Positions 36,245-48,893 are shown, counted from the first letter of the stretch. The stretch: 64,000 nucleotides of DNA from Paraspadella gotoi (GCA_051294375.1 CM119263.1:16408532-16472531); one strand, 5' to 3'. The notes: generated by a model from the sequence alone, not told the origin. Numbers and translations: made by a program.

Positions 36245-39200
36245 ATCGCCTCCGGTTTCGACCATTACTAGTTCTGTCCAACTGAAGGACATTGACGTGG
36301 GGTCACCCGGCATGCGAATCTCCTGAGTACGATGCACAGAGAAACCTCCGCAGAATTTTCGATGCCGAACTCTGCAATGTTTCGGGTGCCAATTTCGGAT
36401 GGCGAATTCAGGCGTCGGGTGTCGATGCGCGCTCGGATGAGGACAGATCTGTCAAGTTTGTAATACAATGTATCCGAATGTTAGATGCAGAATATTTTTT
36501 TTCGCTAAAAAAAAATGAGATAAGATGCTAAGACGATTTAAGGTATTTTATTGCGTTTTTATTTTCGATATTAAAGGTGATCGTGTGTATCTTAATTTTA
36601 TTTCAAAAATTTTTCTCAATTTAAATTTTTATGACGAGTGATGGTATTTAGTTTATTCACGAGCCTCTTTTTCGTCCCATTGCTTTAATGTAATCACTTG
36701 AAATTTTGCAAAAAGAGATTTGGCGCAATGTGTCTCTTTAAACCAGATGGGGTTGGATTGGATTTTTTTTCTCGTTGAAGTGGATAAGGCGGAATAGATG
36801 TGACTACCTTTGTTCGATCACAAGCTGATACTGCTGTTGGAAAGAAAAACAATTTTGGTTAACATTTACGTTGAATAAATGACTTTCTGTTGTTTAGACC
36901 AAAAAAATATCACAAAAATGGGTCACATATTGTCGGGCCACCATCCAACAAAAAATCAAGGAGCAATTGGGAAAGCAACTGTGTAAATCGCTGATTAAGC
37001 CAAAAAACCAAGAGCCAAGGAGCAATTGAGCTTTGCAAGCAACTTGGCCTTGCCGAAGAGCCGTGAGTTTAAAGATTCCGGGAATTCCCCCCCTTCCGGG
37101 TTTGACGGTCCCCTTTCTCCCTTTATGCGCCTTTCCCCCGTTAATAATTGAGTCGAGGACATAAAAGTAAATGGGAGAAGAACGAGAATTTACGAACCTC
37201 CGTTTTCTTTATTCTTTATCAAATTTGAACGAGATTGCGTAGAAAAGAAACTCGAGGAACTTCCTTGCCAAAATTTGCCGACAAAACTTTACTTTGACGG
37301 TGGAATATATTAAATTTTCCTTTTTAAAATTTTTCAAAAATCGTAAGAAAAAGAATTTTGGTTTTAATTTTTAACATTTAAGAGAGAAAGTAACTAAAAG
37401 AGTGGGGCCCGACGACCAGCGAACTTTTGTTTTCCCTTTCTTTTTTTTGATAGTAGATTTTTATTTTTCGAATTCAGGAAAATTTCCGTTTCGCGAGGCA
37501 CCAATAAATTAATGATTTCATCGATTAGTAATGAGAGTGTCACTGTTTTTCATTTAATTTGCTTATTTTGCTTTATGGTTGAGCTTATCAAAGCAAGACG
37601 AAATTGAAACAAACAGGTACAACAAAAAAGCAAAACTGGAAAAGCAATTAACAACAAAAAACACCAAATAATCTAAAAACAACAAGGCGGCTTGGCTTCG
37701 TGAAAATATCAAAAGCTCGAGGGAACAAGCCGCGTGAAAAAGACCTTTGACCCTTGGATCGAATAGCGACTCAGGATTTGACGTCAACCACGACGACGGG
37801 TCACGTCAATCCAAGGATTTGTAGGCTTGACGTAGATGGAAGGCATGGACGCGGATTAGCAAAAAAACCACGACAGCGTCTGGTCCAACTTTGTCGTAAA
37901 AATAAAGTTAGTGATTTTGGAATGGTGAAAAATTTGTGGTGTGAAAAAAAAACACATCGAAAAAGAATCCTACAATCACCCCACCCGCACTCTCACCCAC
38001 ACTGAGATCAGACTTTATAACGACATACATATCTCAGATTCTTATCAACTACACCACACATACACTCTCCTAATCCCCTAAACAGCCCTGACAAACAAGG
38101 AGAACAATTTAGGAACACAAACACCCACACTCACCTACACCGCCACTCTTAATCAAGAATAAGCAAAACAACCAATCCGAAATACGACTTAGGACACCAA
38201 TCTACCTTTACTCACCACCACCACCCTCAAATTCTTCTACTCTCTCTCTCTCACCCACCTACTCCACTCCACTCCTACCACAACCACATACAATACAGAA
38301 GCAGAAAACGAACTACGCACAGACGCAAAAGTCGAAGGAACAGAACATTCGAAAAACAAATGAGAGAATTGGGAATAATCGAGAATCGGATGGAGGGAAC
38401 ACCTGACGGGCTGTTATATTACTAAGTTAAAAGGAAAAAAATCTCCTAAGTCAACACAACAAACGATAAATGATTTTTGGGAATGCTCTAAGCGAGGAAA
38501 GACAGAGGACGTATCTCGCCGACAAAGCGAATCAATCAAGGGTCGTTAGATCTATTCACTTAGCGGAGCCGTATGTCCATTACGGTTTTTGTTATGCATA
38601 CTTTATGAAATTTATAATATTGAAAAATATTTCAGGTAAAATAAATACGCCTTTTTTATATTGCAGGTGGCTTAAAAAATTTTAGTTCTTTTCTTTACCT
38701 GAATTCACGCCGAAAAAAAAAAAATGAGCGAGCTGTCGTGATTCATCGAAAACCGAGAGGGAAATTGAAAATTGCATTTTATGTAAAAAAAAATATAACC
38801 TTTAAAGAAAAAGGAAACGAAAAAAGGAATAAAAATTCTCATTTCGGGGATTTTATCTCGTATGAAAATATCTAACTCGGGGCAAAAAGGAATTTCTCTG
38901 ACGAGCTGACATTCATGGTTGACGGTGCGGAAGCATTTGGCGCGATTTCAATTGCCAGCAATGGGTTGCGGGAGCGACCGTAATTGAGGCCGGAATCGAC
39001 GTGTCGCTAGTGGTTCTTTTAGGGTATAATGTTAAGATATTTGGACGAAGGATATTTCCTATGGAACAAGCAAAATAGGTGGTTGTCCATTTTCAACCCG
39101 GTTCACCTCGGTACTCTGTGCAGTTTCCAGTTTAAATTTAGATTTTTATGCGAAAACTCGTGTAAAGTCAGCGATTTTTTCCATGTCGAACCGGTACAAA

Positions 39201-40110
39201 GTGACAAGTGAGGGGCTAAACGACCGGCGACGCCAAGCCGGGCCGACGCCGACCGCCAACCGCCACCANNNNNNNNNNNNNNNNNNNNNNNNNCCGCCAA
39301 CCGCCGACCGCCGCCAGTCAAAGACTTTCGAGTTTAGGTCATCGGCCGAGATCACGGTCGAGATCACGGTCGCTCATAAATTGTTGAATCTCTTTTCTTC
39401 GCGACTCACGTGATTCGTCTCACGCAATTTACTGTCACCGATCGCGTCACAAATCATCTGGTTACTCTTTCTGCTTCACACCTGGCCTCTGGTCTGCCAC
39501 GACTCANNNNNNNNNNNNNNNNNNNNNNNNNNNNNNNNNNNNNNNNNNNNNNNNNNNNNNNNNNNNNNNNNNNNNNNNNNNNNNNNNNNNNNNNNNNNNN
39601 NNNNNNNNNNNNNNNNNNNNNNNNNNNNNNNNNNNNNNNNNNNNNNNNNNNNNNNNNNNNNNNNNNNNNNNNNNNNNNNNNNNNNNNNNNNNNNNNNNNN
39701 NNNNNNNNNNNNNNNNNNNNNNNNNNNNNNNNNNNNNNNNNNNNNNNNNNNNNNNNNNNNNNNNNNNNNNNNNNNNNNNNNNNNNNNNNNNNNGAGAGAG
39801 AGAGAGAGAGAGAGCCTCACGAATTAAGCTCGCGTCGGAAAACAATAATTCTTGACTTGGATAATGCGGAGTACAATATAGTATTCCCCGATTTAATACT
39901 GAAGGGCACTCAATTTGAGCTTCTTTCTTAACTTAATTTTTCTCTAAATCTCTACTTATCTTTCCCTCACCACTTATTCTTCAATTTTCAACTTCACTTA
40001 TACTTCATTAGTTAAATCAATTGTTTATTATTTCTTTTTGTTACCATTATTCCTTTAGTTTACTGATTCTTTTATCTTTGTTGTATATTTCAAAATGTAT
40101 TGTTTCTCTC

Positions 40111-40141
<31 letters not shown>

Positions 40142-40899
40142 NNNNNNNNNNNNNNNNNNNNNNNNNNNNNNNNNNNNNNNNNNNNNNNNNNNNNNNNNNN
40201 NNNNNNNNNNNNNNNNNNNNNNNNNNNNNNNNNNNNNNNNNNNNNNNNNNNNNNNNNNNNNNNNNNNNNNNNNNNNNNNNNNNNNNNNNNNNNNNNNNNN
40301 NNNNNNNNNNNNNNNNNNNNNNNNNNNNNNNNNNNNNNNNNNNNNNNNNNNNNNNNNNNNNNNNNNNNNNNNNNNNNNNNNNNNNNNNNNNNNNNNNNNN
40401 NNCTCTCTCTCTCTCTCTCTTTCTTTTGAATAAAACACCAATACTTAGGCGTCGGAAAAGTTAGAATATCTTTTCTCAGAAAAGCGGATTCCTTTTGGCT
40501 TTTCTTAGAAAAGATTCCTTTTCTCAGAAAATTCTCGGATTTCCGCTAATCAATTGGATAAAGTTAAGAACATCGAGATGCAGATATCGAATCGCGTTGT
40601 TGTTGTTGTTATCATTAATCTTGCTAATACAATCGTGGTTGTCGTCGTCGACGTCGTCTCCTTTGTGTCTTTATTTAGTCGGTTGAAATGCTTAATCTGC
40701 AAATGTAATTTAGGCTTGTGCATTCACGTAAGATCGCATGACCAAAAATATATGCTGAATTTTAATACTAAACAACTGTTTTATCCAAAGATTAAGCGCC
40801 AAAATAATGTGATGCACAGTGTGCACAGTGAGAGAGAGAGAGAGAGAGATAGAGAGAATAAAATTCAAGTACGTATATAATAATATTCAGATAAATCAT

Positions 40900-41045
40900 A
40901 TACTTTCCTCCCCACACATAAAATTTTATTCCAATCCATCCATCCAATCACGAGTAATTCAAGTTTAATGCTAAGGGGGACAGACGGACAGACGCACGGA
41001 CAGAAAGACCAGCAGACAGACAAACGGATGGACATAATTTTTTTG
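40900..41045. mobile_element. Possible Helitron/Helentron (DINE-1/HINE-like) non-autonomous fragment
   Basis: AAATTTTATTCCAATCCATCC is followed by a degenerate (GACA/GACG)n microsatellite, an arrangement typical of such elements. The termini were not identified. Confidence 0.35.
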
Positions 41046-41184
41046 CATAATTTATCATTGTGTTTTTTCCTTTCTGTTTCTGTTATCATAATTTGATGTT
41101 CTCCTATGATTTAAATGATTTACCGACAAGATTTGGGGTGGGTCCGACGGACCAACAAAATGGATTATAGATTCACGTCCTTCG

Positions 41185-41368
41185 GCTCAGAGGGGAAACC
41201 CACCATCCCAAGCATAACGTTCCATCCAGAGTCCTAACGACTTCCCTCTGCGTTGTCAAAGCGAGGCTGTCCTAGGGGTAACGTCACTGAAGGTGGGAAG
41301 CCCCCATAGCCAACAGTGAGATGCCCCATCCCAATGGGCATCACAGGCAACCCGACTGTTGCCATAGA
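41185..41368. repeat. Dispersed ~180 bp repeat, copy 2
   Basis: Homologous to 13215-13385. Differences are mostly substitutions, indicating real divergence. Confidence 0.85.
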
Positions 41369-43046
41369 GGAACATTACTTATCACCAAAGTCTAATGAAC
41401 CTGCTTATTCTAAAGCTCATAGTAAAATCGCTGCGCTCACGGTCGGTTTTATTGTCATGGACGGTGATGACGACGACGACGACATCGAAGACGACGACAA
41501 CGAGGAAAACGACAACCAAAGTGCGAAACACGTCAAACGATGAAGGATTAAAAATCGTCTGAAAAAAAACAAAAAAAAGAAAACAGAAGCGGAAACGATT
41601 AATAATTTTTCGAGCAACTGACATTCATGACATTCAGAGACGAGACTGTCATATCGACCACATCCCTCTAACAGGGTCTGTAATTCGAGGATTGGCAAAG
41701 CTAACGAACGGGAAAGTTTGTACTTACTTAAAAATCAAAAGCCATAGAGTGATCGGGTGGAAAAGGGGGTCGCCATGTCCCTCAATCTCATTTACTGTTG
41801 AATCGAAAGTTCATCCCTTACATGACTAATGGTTTTCTCACCCACTTATTACAGCAGGTCGAGCACATTTCGACGTCAATTGCTTTGCTTTCGTCAACTT
41901 CTGATTAGGCGGATGGTTTTCCAGACGGTGTTTATTCAGCCCGCCCCTATTTCGGGACAAGCGTTCCATCGAGTTTTAGATCCCGGGACTACAGAGTAGG
42001 AGGGGTGACCCCGTGGGCCTAAGGGGAGGCACGCCGAGGGATCGAAGCCCCGGAGGCGGAAACTTGTACCGCGTGGCTGGGGGCGGCCCCTAGGAATTCC
42101 TTCCTCTCCCTGCAGGGCGGGGACTTAAGAGGCGAGAGGTGACGTGTTACGAGCAAAGAGAAATCCCGAAGAGTTGGCCCACGGGGGCAAAGGGGACGTG
42201 GCTTTCAAGCGTGACCTCAAAGGGGGCGGATNNNNNNNNNNNNNNNNNNNNNNNNNNNNNNNNNNNNNNNNNNNNNNNNNNNNNNNNNNNNNNNNNNNNN
42301 NNNNNNNNNNNNNNNNNNNNNNNNNNNNNNNNNNNNNNNNNNNNNNNNNNNNNNNNNNNNNNNNNNNNNNNNNNNNNNNNNNNNNNNNNNNNNNNNNNNN
42401 NNNNNNNNNNNNNNNNNNNNNNNNNNNNNNNNNNNNNNNNNNNNNNNNNAAAGAAAAATGCGGGTGGTCCCCTACTCGTCGGGTCGTTCAGCGGGATTGG
42501 TCGCGCTTGGGCTGCCGTAGGGCAACTCACTCTCGCTCTAATAAAATATCCAGACCAGATTTTGTTTGCGAGGAAGGGAGGAGGGANNNNNNNNNNNNNN
42601 NNNNNNNNNNNNNNNNNNNNNNNNNNNNNNNNNNNNNNNNNNNNNNNNNNNNNNNNNNNNNNNNNNNNNNNNNNNNNNNNNNNNNNNNNNNNNNNNNNNN
42701 NNNNNNNNNNNNNNNNNNNNNNNNNNNNNNNNNNNNNNNNNNNNNNNNNNNNNNNNNNNNNNNNNNNNNNNNNNNNNNNNNNNNNNNNNNNNNNNNNNNN
42801 NNNNNNNNNNNNNNNNNNNNNNNNNNNNNNNNNNNNNNNNNNNNNNNNNNNNNNNNNNNNNNNNNNNNNNNNNNNNNNNNNNNNNNNNNNNNNNNNNNNN
42901 NNNNNNNNNNNNNNNNNNNNNNNNNNNNNNNNNNNNNNNNNNNNAGGGCTTTGTTGTCGTTTTCGTCGTCCTTCCTTTTTCACGCAAACAATTTGTGTCG
43001 CCATGATTTACAATTACAATTTACGAGCCCCCCACAAACGAGAGAG

Positions 43047-43089
<43 letters not shown>

Positions 43090-43262
43090 CTTTCTCTCTC
43101 TCCCTCTCTCTCTCTTCTCTCTCTCAGGCCTCTCTCATGTCTCTCTCTCTATCTCTGCTCTTCTCTCTCTCCCTTTTTTCGTTCCCCTTCTCATATTGCG
43201 TCGCCGCTTTCACGAGCGCCACTTNNNNNNNNNNNNNNNNNNNNNNNNNCCCGCCTCGTGAT

Positions 43263-43306
43263 ACGTCATTTCCGGTCACGTGGCGTTTTAGTGGTGATCA
43301 CGTGAT
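43263..43306. promoter_or_regulatory. Compact cluster of CRE-like, ETS-like and E-box motifs (possible promoter)
   Basis: ACGTCA, TTTCCGG, GTCACGTG and ATCACGTGAT all fall within 44 bp. No linked gene was identified. Confidence 0.3.
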
Positions 43307-44940
43307 TCGCCGTTGGTCTGATGGAGAGAGGAACGAGAGGAATAAAAAGAGGGCGAGGAGAAACGGGGGAAGTTGGGAAAGGAAGGTTGTATGTGTCGCC
43401 TACCTGTAAATACCTGTAAATAGCCAATGCATTTTGACAATAACATTGTAAATTATGCAAATATGAGCAAGTTTATTGTGACAAACGTCTGATATCTGTC
43501 AATAAAAGTATAAACAAAAAAATTAATGTAGATGAATAAGAATGGACAAACGAAAAAGGAAAAGATGATAATTGTTTAAGGAGAAATGACGGTTATTTAA
43601 CCCAAAATATATGAAGGGTGGACGGAAAGAACGATTGCCGCGAAATAGAACTCATGACCACAAAGTTTAAAATGAGAGAGGAGAGGAAAATGTGATGGTC
43701 ATAATATATCATGAAGTAAGATTAAAGAAATAAAACAATGCTTTAATGTTTACACCTCGAGAATTTGAAGAATATCATAATAGATATTTGATATTAGATA
43801 TTTTTAAATATTCAAAAACAGGAAATGGAGCCGCGAGAATAAGGAAAAGAAAAAAAACAGGGAAAGTAAAGGAGATGTAGCTAGAGGCAGAAAAAAAGTT
43901 GATTAGTCGAGGAAATGTAAATAAACGAAGGCGACAAAGACTCGCAAGAAAGAAATTACGCTTCTCCGATGTTTTTCCCGCCATTTTTTTCTTCCGCTTC
44001 TCATCTTCCGCTTCTCGTCTTCCTCTTCGTCGAAATGATTTCCGGGAAAAGTCTCGCTTCTTCGCTTCGAGCGGAAAATCTGAAGAAGACTGGGAGAGGT
44101 TAAGAATCTGAGAGTGGAAGGGAGGAAGGGAGAATGTGAAGAAAGTGGGAGAATAGAAAAGGGAGAAACTTAAGAGCATAGAAGGAGAGAAATGGAGAGG
44201 CGAAAAACGTGGGAGAATAAAAATGGTGTAGTTAAAGGGAGTGGGGAAAAATAATATGAGAATCTGAAGAAAATTAGGGGAAAAAAAGAAAAGCCCCAGT
44301 GAGTACTAGAAGAAGAGAATGGGAGAATGTTAAAAATGTGGCAAAAAAAGAGTCGGAAAAAACGAACAAAGGAGGGAAAGGAAATGACGAATGTGAAAAA
44401 ATTGAATTAAAAAAACTATTTATTTCCTATTTTCCTTTTTTTAATTTCCAGTTTCAAAAAATGGGAGAAACGTGCAAAATACTTGAGAAAAAGAAACGAA
44501 ATAACAAAGTAAATTTAAGAGGAAAAATCAAAAAAAATTTTGCGAGAAGCTAAAAATTGAGGAGCGAATTGTCACCTTCGTTCTCGTCGACATTCGCCAC
44601 TAAACTTGGCTTATCGTCACTCTCCCGTCGCGGCGACAAAGCGTGACGACGTGACGTGTAACATCACGGTTGGCGACGCCGCGTGAAGCCCGAACGACGC
44701 CGCGTGACGCCCGAGCGACGCCGTCTGACGGTTCTCGTGTCGAGTTATAGCGCGCCGGAAGTTAAATCTGGAAACACGCGATGAGGGATGGTCGACTTCT
44801 CACGTGACTTGTCCGCGTGAAGAAAAAAAATATGGACTGTGAACGATAAATTGATAAACAAAAGCAATCGAAGGAAATCGAATGAGCGAAAACCTTGGCG
44901 AAAGGTTTCACGATAATCTTATCACTCTGTCACTCTGTCA

Positions 44941-44997
<57 letters not shown>

Positions 44998-45245
44998 CTC
45001 CTTCTCTCTCTCTCTCTCTCTCTCTCCCTCCCTCCCTCTGTTCTCCTTTCCTCTCCTCTCTGTCCCGTAGTTTTCTACTCTTCTCTCTGTCTCTCTTTCT
45101 CTCCTCTCTCTCTAGTTCTCTTGTTTTTGTTGCTATCCTGTTGTCTCTCTGTCTCTCATCTCTCTCTCTCTTCTTCCTCTCCGTCAGCTCTCTCTCTCTC
45201 TCGTCTCTATCTCTCTTTCTCTCTCTCACTCTCCGCACTCTCTCT

Positions 45246-45277
<32 letters not shown>

Positions 45278-45521
45278 GCCATTTCCTGAAGCCATAGTCT
45301 CTCATTTTGATTCTAAAATTCAATGAATTGTATGATAGCTCTCTCTTTCTTTCTCTATCGCTTTCAGCCGCTACTTCTTTAGTTTCAATTTTTGACCAAA
45401 TTTATTTTTTCAAGGGGCATATTTAGTTTCTTGAGCGTACTGATACTTTATAAAAAAAAGACTGTCAACTAACCGCTTACAGAGTTAATACAGTTTTCTA
45501 AGGTGACTGAATTTTACCTTT

Positions 45522-46683
45522 GAGAATGTGAAGGAAAAGTGGTCGAGAACTAGAAAAAGGAGAAACTTACTTAAGAGCGCATTATAGAAGGAGAGAAATG
45601 GAGAGGCGAAAAAACGTGGGAGAATTTAAAAATGGTTTTGTAGTTGTTAAAGGGTGGGAAAAATATTTTCCACTTCATTGATAGGGAAGCCAGTTACTCT
45701 GGGTGAAAAAAAAATAAAAGGAACTGTGAGTAGAGGAAGAGTCTTGTAATTTTGAAGCTTGCAGGGACCTGCTATGTCAATTAGTGCTTGTTCGTAAGAG
45801 TGATGGAGGCCTTAACCACACAAAGCCTGTCCAAAGTCAGGGTCTAAGAATAGCTTATTTATTAAATGAATGGGATAATTTTTATATTGGTGCTCCAATT
45901 TCATGAGAGAATCTGAGAATTAGTCCGCGAAAAATACTGAGAGAGGAAAAAAATTAAAAAAAGCCCAGTGAGTACCAAAAGAAGACGAAGAGAATGGAGC
46001 TGGAGAGAATGTTAAAAATTTGGCAAAAAAAGAGTCGAAAAAACGAACAAAGGAGGAGAAAGGAAATGACGAATGCTGAAAAAAATTGAATTTAAAAAAC
46101 ACTAATTTATTTCCTATTTTCCTTTTTAATTTTCCAGTTTCAAAAAATGGGAGAAACGTGCAAAATACTTGAGAGAAAAGAAAGAAATAACAAAGTAAAT
46201 AAAAAGTAAATTTAAGGAAAAAATCAAAAAAAATTTTTGCGAGAAGCTAAAAATTGAGAGAGAGCGAATTGTGTCACCCTTCGTTCGCGTCGACATTCGC
46301 CACTAAACTTGGCTTATCGTCACTCTCCCGTCGCGCGACAAAGCGTGTGACGACGTGACGTGTAACATCACGGTTGGCGACGCCGCGTGAAGCCCAACGA
46401 CGCCCGCGTGACGCCCGAGCGACGCGTTGACGGTTCTCTGCTGTCGAGTTATTAGCGCGCCGGAAGTTAAATCTGGAAACACCGATGAGGATGGTCGACT
46501 TCTCACGGTGACTTGTCCGCGTGAAGAAAAAAAAATACTGGACTGTGAACGATAAATTGATAAACAAAGCCAATCGAAGGAAATCGAATGAGCGAAAACC
46601 TTGGCGAAAGGTTTCACGATAATCTATCACTCTGTCACTCTGTCTCTCTCTGTCTCTCCTCTGTTTCTTTCTCTCTTTTCTTT

Positions 46684-46774
<91 letters not shown>

Positions 46775-47021
46775 CATTTCCTGAAGCCATAGTCTCTCAT
46801 TTTGATTCTAAAATTCAATGAATTGTATTGATAAGCTCTCTCTTTCTTTCTCTATTCGCTTTCAGCCGCTACTTCTTTAGTTTCAATTTTTGACCAAATT
46901 TATTTTTTTCAAGGGGCATATTTAGTTTCTTGAGCGTACTGATACTTTATAAAAAAAAGACTGTCAACTAACCGCTTACAGAGTTAATACAGTTTTCTAA
47001 GGTGACTGAATTTATACCTTT
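45522..47021 (+). repeat. Tandem second copy of 44130-45521, carrying an extra ~240 bp insert
   Basis: Both copies start GAGAATGTGAAG and end GGTGACTGAATTT..ACCTTT. The segment ~45666-45902 is absent from the first copy. Confidence 0.9.
45771..45854 (+). ncRNA. Twister-ribozyme-like motif, second (more degenerate) copy
   Basis: GAGTGATGGAGGCCTTAACCACACAAAGCCTGTCCAAAGTCAGG is identical to the 48.8 kb copy except in the P2/P3 segment. Confidence 0.45.
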
Positions 47022-47082
47022 TCAGTATGAACTCTTGAGACCTTGAAACACACAGTAAACAGAGAAAGAAGAAAAAGGAAAC

Positions 47083-47136
<54 letters not shown>

Positions 47137-48630
47137 AGAGAAAGGAAAGAAGAAGAAAGAAAAGAAAAAAAGTTTTTTGGCCTGAAAGGGAAAGAGAGAG
47201 AGAGGAAGAAGAGAGAAAAAAGTGTTTTTGGCCTAAAGGGAAAGATNNNNNNNNNNNNNNNNNNNNNNNNNGAGAGAGAGGAAGAAGAGAGAAAAAGTGT
47301 TTTTGGCCTTGAAAGAAGAGGAAAACGGAGATGATGAATGATGGTTAATGGAAGCCTTAAGCTCTCACTCTTTTCTCTTTCCATCCCGCGCGCGGTCCCC
47401 CTGCCGTTCCCAGCAGTTCTCACAGGTTAAGCTCCGATTCATTGCTTTTCGTTGCAACTCATTCCTTTGTCCTTTTTAAGTTTTAATATTTATAACAATG
47501 ATTGTACCGAGGTGAATGTTTGCCGTGGCATTTTTATCTGCGTTTTAGTATTGACCCACAGTTTGGGTCACTTTGGGCAATTTTAATCCATCTTCCATAT
47601 AATTATTGAGACGTTTCACTTTCCCCATCTCCTCCCATTATCCATTCCTCTTTGACTTCTTCCAGTCTCTCTTTACAAAGAAAAAGGTTTTTGTTTACGA
47701 TGATTTCGTAAACAAAACACGTCGTTGAGAGCCAATATTTTTTAAAAGGGCTTTAAATCTTCTTCCATTAAGGCGCCAACCGTCCGGGTTTCCCTTTTCG
47801 ATGCTTCCGAAAATAAACAAACAAACAAGCTTTAATCTCGCTTCTGTATCAGTTTGTTTATTTTTAAAATGCGACGACTCATCGCTATAAATAAAAGATG
47901 ACGGAATATGGAAAGTTGTGGTGAGTTGTGGCGTCGGGCATTTTTCGTAAAAGGAAATTGAGGCGAAGAAACCTTACTCTCGCTGCGGCGGCTGCCTTAC
48001 CGACGTAAACTAATCGGATCCTGATTGCTATTTCCCTCTAAGAGGCGAGGCAACTTCCTTGTTTTTTTTTATCGGGTCAATAATCAGAAAGCTTTCAATG
48101 AAAATTTTTTTTATCATCATTCATTTTCTTAATCGAAAATTCTGACGAACAAAAGTGATAGCAAGTCGAAGATACTAGTAGATTCAGGCACCTTTCTCGT
48201 TTGTTATGGGCCAACGTTTAACTGCTTCGTAAGAAAATTTAATTCGTGTCACTCGTGATATGTTACCCAAAAAGAAAATTTCTCACCTGTTGTCGATTGT
48301 ACGTGTAACTGACGGACGTGTAACTTACGGACCGTCCGAACCACAGTCCAAAGCGAAAGACACGTTTGCCTAGCAACGGTCTAAAAACAAACGAACAAAA
48401 ATGCGAATACAAACGATTCTGTCCGGAAATAAAAACGCGCGAACCGAAAACTCGTTTCGGCCTCCGGATGATTCATTCCCCGGTCTCCGCCTTTGTGACG
48501 GTTGCGCCGATTTACGGCCGGGCGAAGAGAACGACGTCCTTGGGGTGGGTAGGCCGGAATTCTCTAAACTCGGACGCTGGAGCGAAGAGCCGCTATCGGT
48601 CACCGATAACCTTGTACTGCGAAAGCAGCG

Positions 48631-48705
48631 AAGATGGCGGGAAATGCCTGTGAAGATGGCGGGAAAAACCGGCAAAGATGGCGGGAGATGGTGGCGCAGA
48701 TGGCG
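48631..48705 (+). promoter_or_regulatory. Cluster of YY1/Pho-like motifs
   Basis: AAGATGGCGGGA occurs at 48631, 48653 and 48675 (22-bp spacing), plus AGATGGCG near 48698. Confidence 0.4.
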
Positions 48706-48823
48706 ACCCAGAAAAAAGGCTGTTCCAAGGCCATTGAGCGCACTTCGTGCAACAACGCGACGTGTACCTCTCACGTATTTATAAAATAATGAGAGAGTCT
48801 TGATTGAAAGCTTGCAGGGACCT

Positions 48824-48893
48824 GCTATGTCATTATAAGAGTGATGGAGGCCTTAAACCACCAAAGCCTGTCCAAAGTCAGGGTCAAGATAGC
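48824..48893 (+). ncRNA. Candidate twister self-cleaving ribozyme, circularly permuted (P5-type) with a palindromic loop-less P1
   Basis: GAGU-GA-UGG-AGGCCU-UAA-ACC-AC-CAAAG-CCUG-UCCAAAGU-CAGG. P4 is CCUG/CAGG, pseudoknot T1 is CCA/UGG, T2 is AC/GU, the conserved UAA, GA and loop AAG are present, and the closing stem is GCUAU/AUAGC. Confidence 0.6.

Larger units (their letters stand above)
27151..39162 (+). repeat. ~12 kb tandem second copy of ~15770-27150, indel-rich (probable uncorrected long read or alternate haplotype)
   Basis: Collinear with the first copy throughout; both copies end in AAAACTCGTG, and the junction falls at a GA tract. Single-base indels occur every few tens of bp. Confidence 0.92.

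Noticed and set aside
37970-38340. C/A-rich segment as a novel insertion or telomere-like DNA
   Set aside because: It still aligns loosely to 26040-26400 and is best explained as a low-quality read stretch.
39410-43409. Long ORFs spanning X runs
   Set aside because: They are open only because of N gaps.
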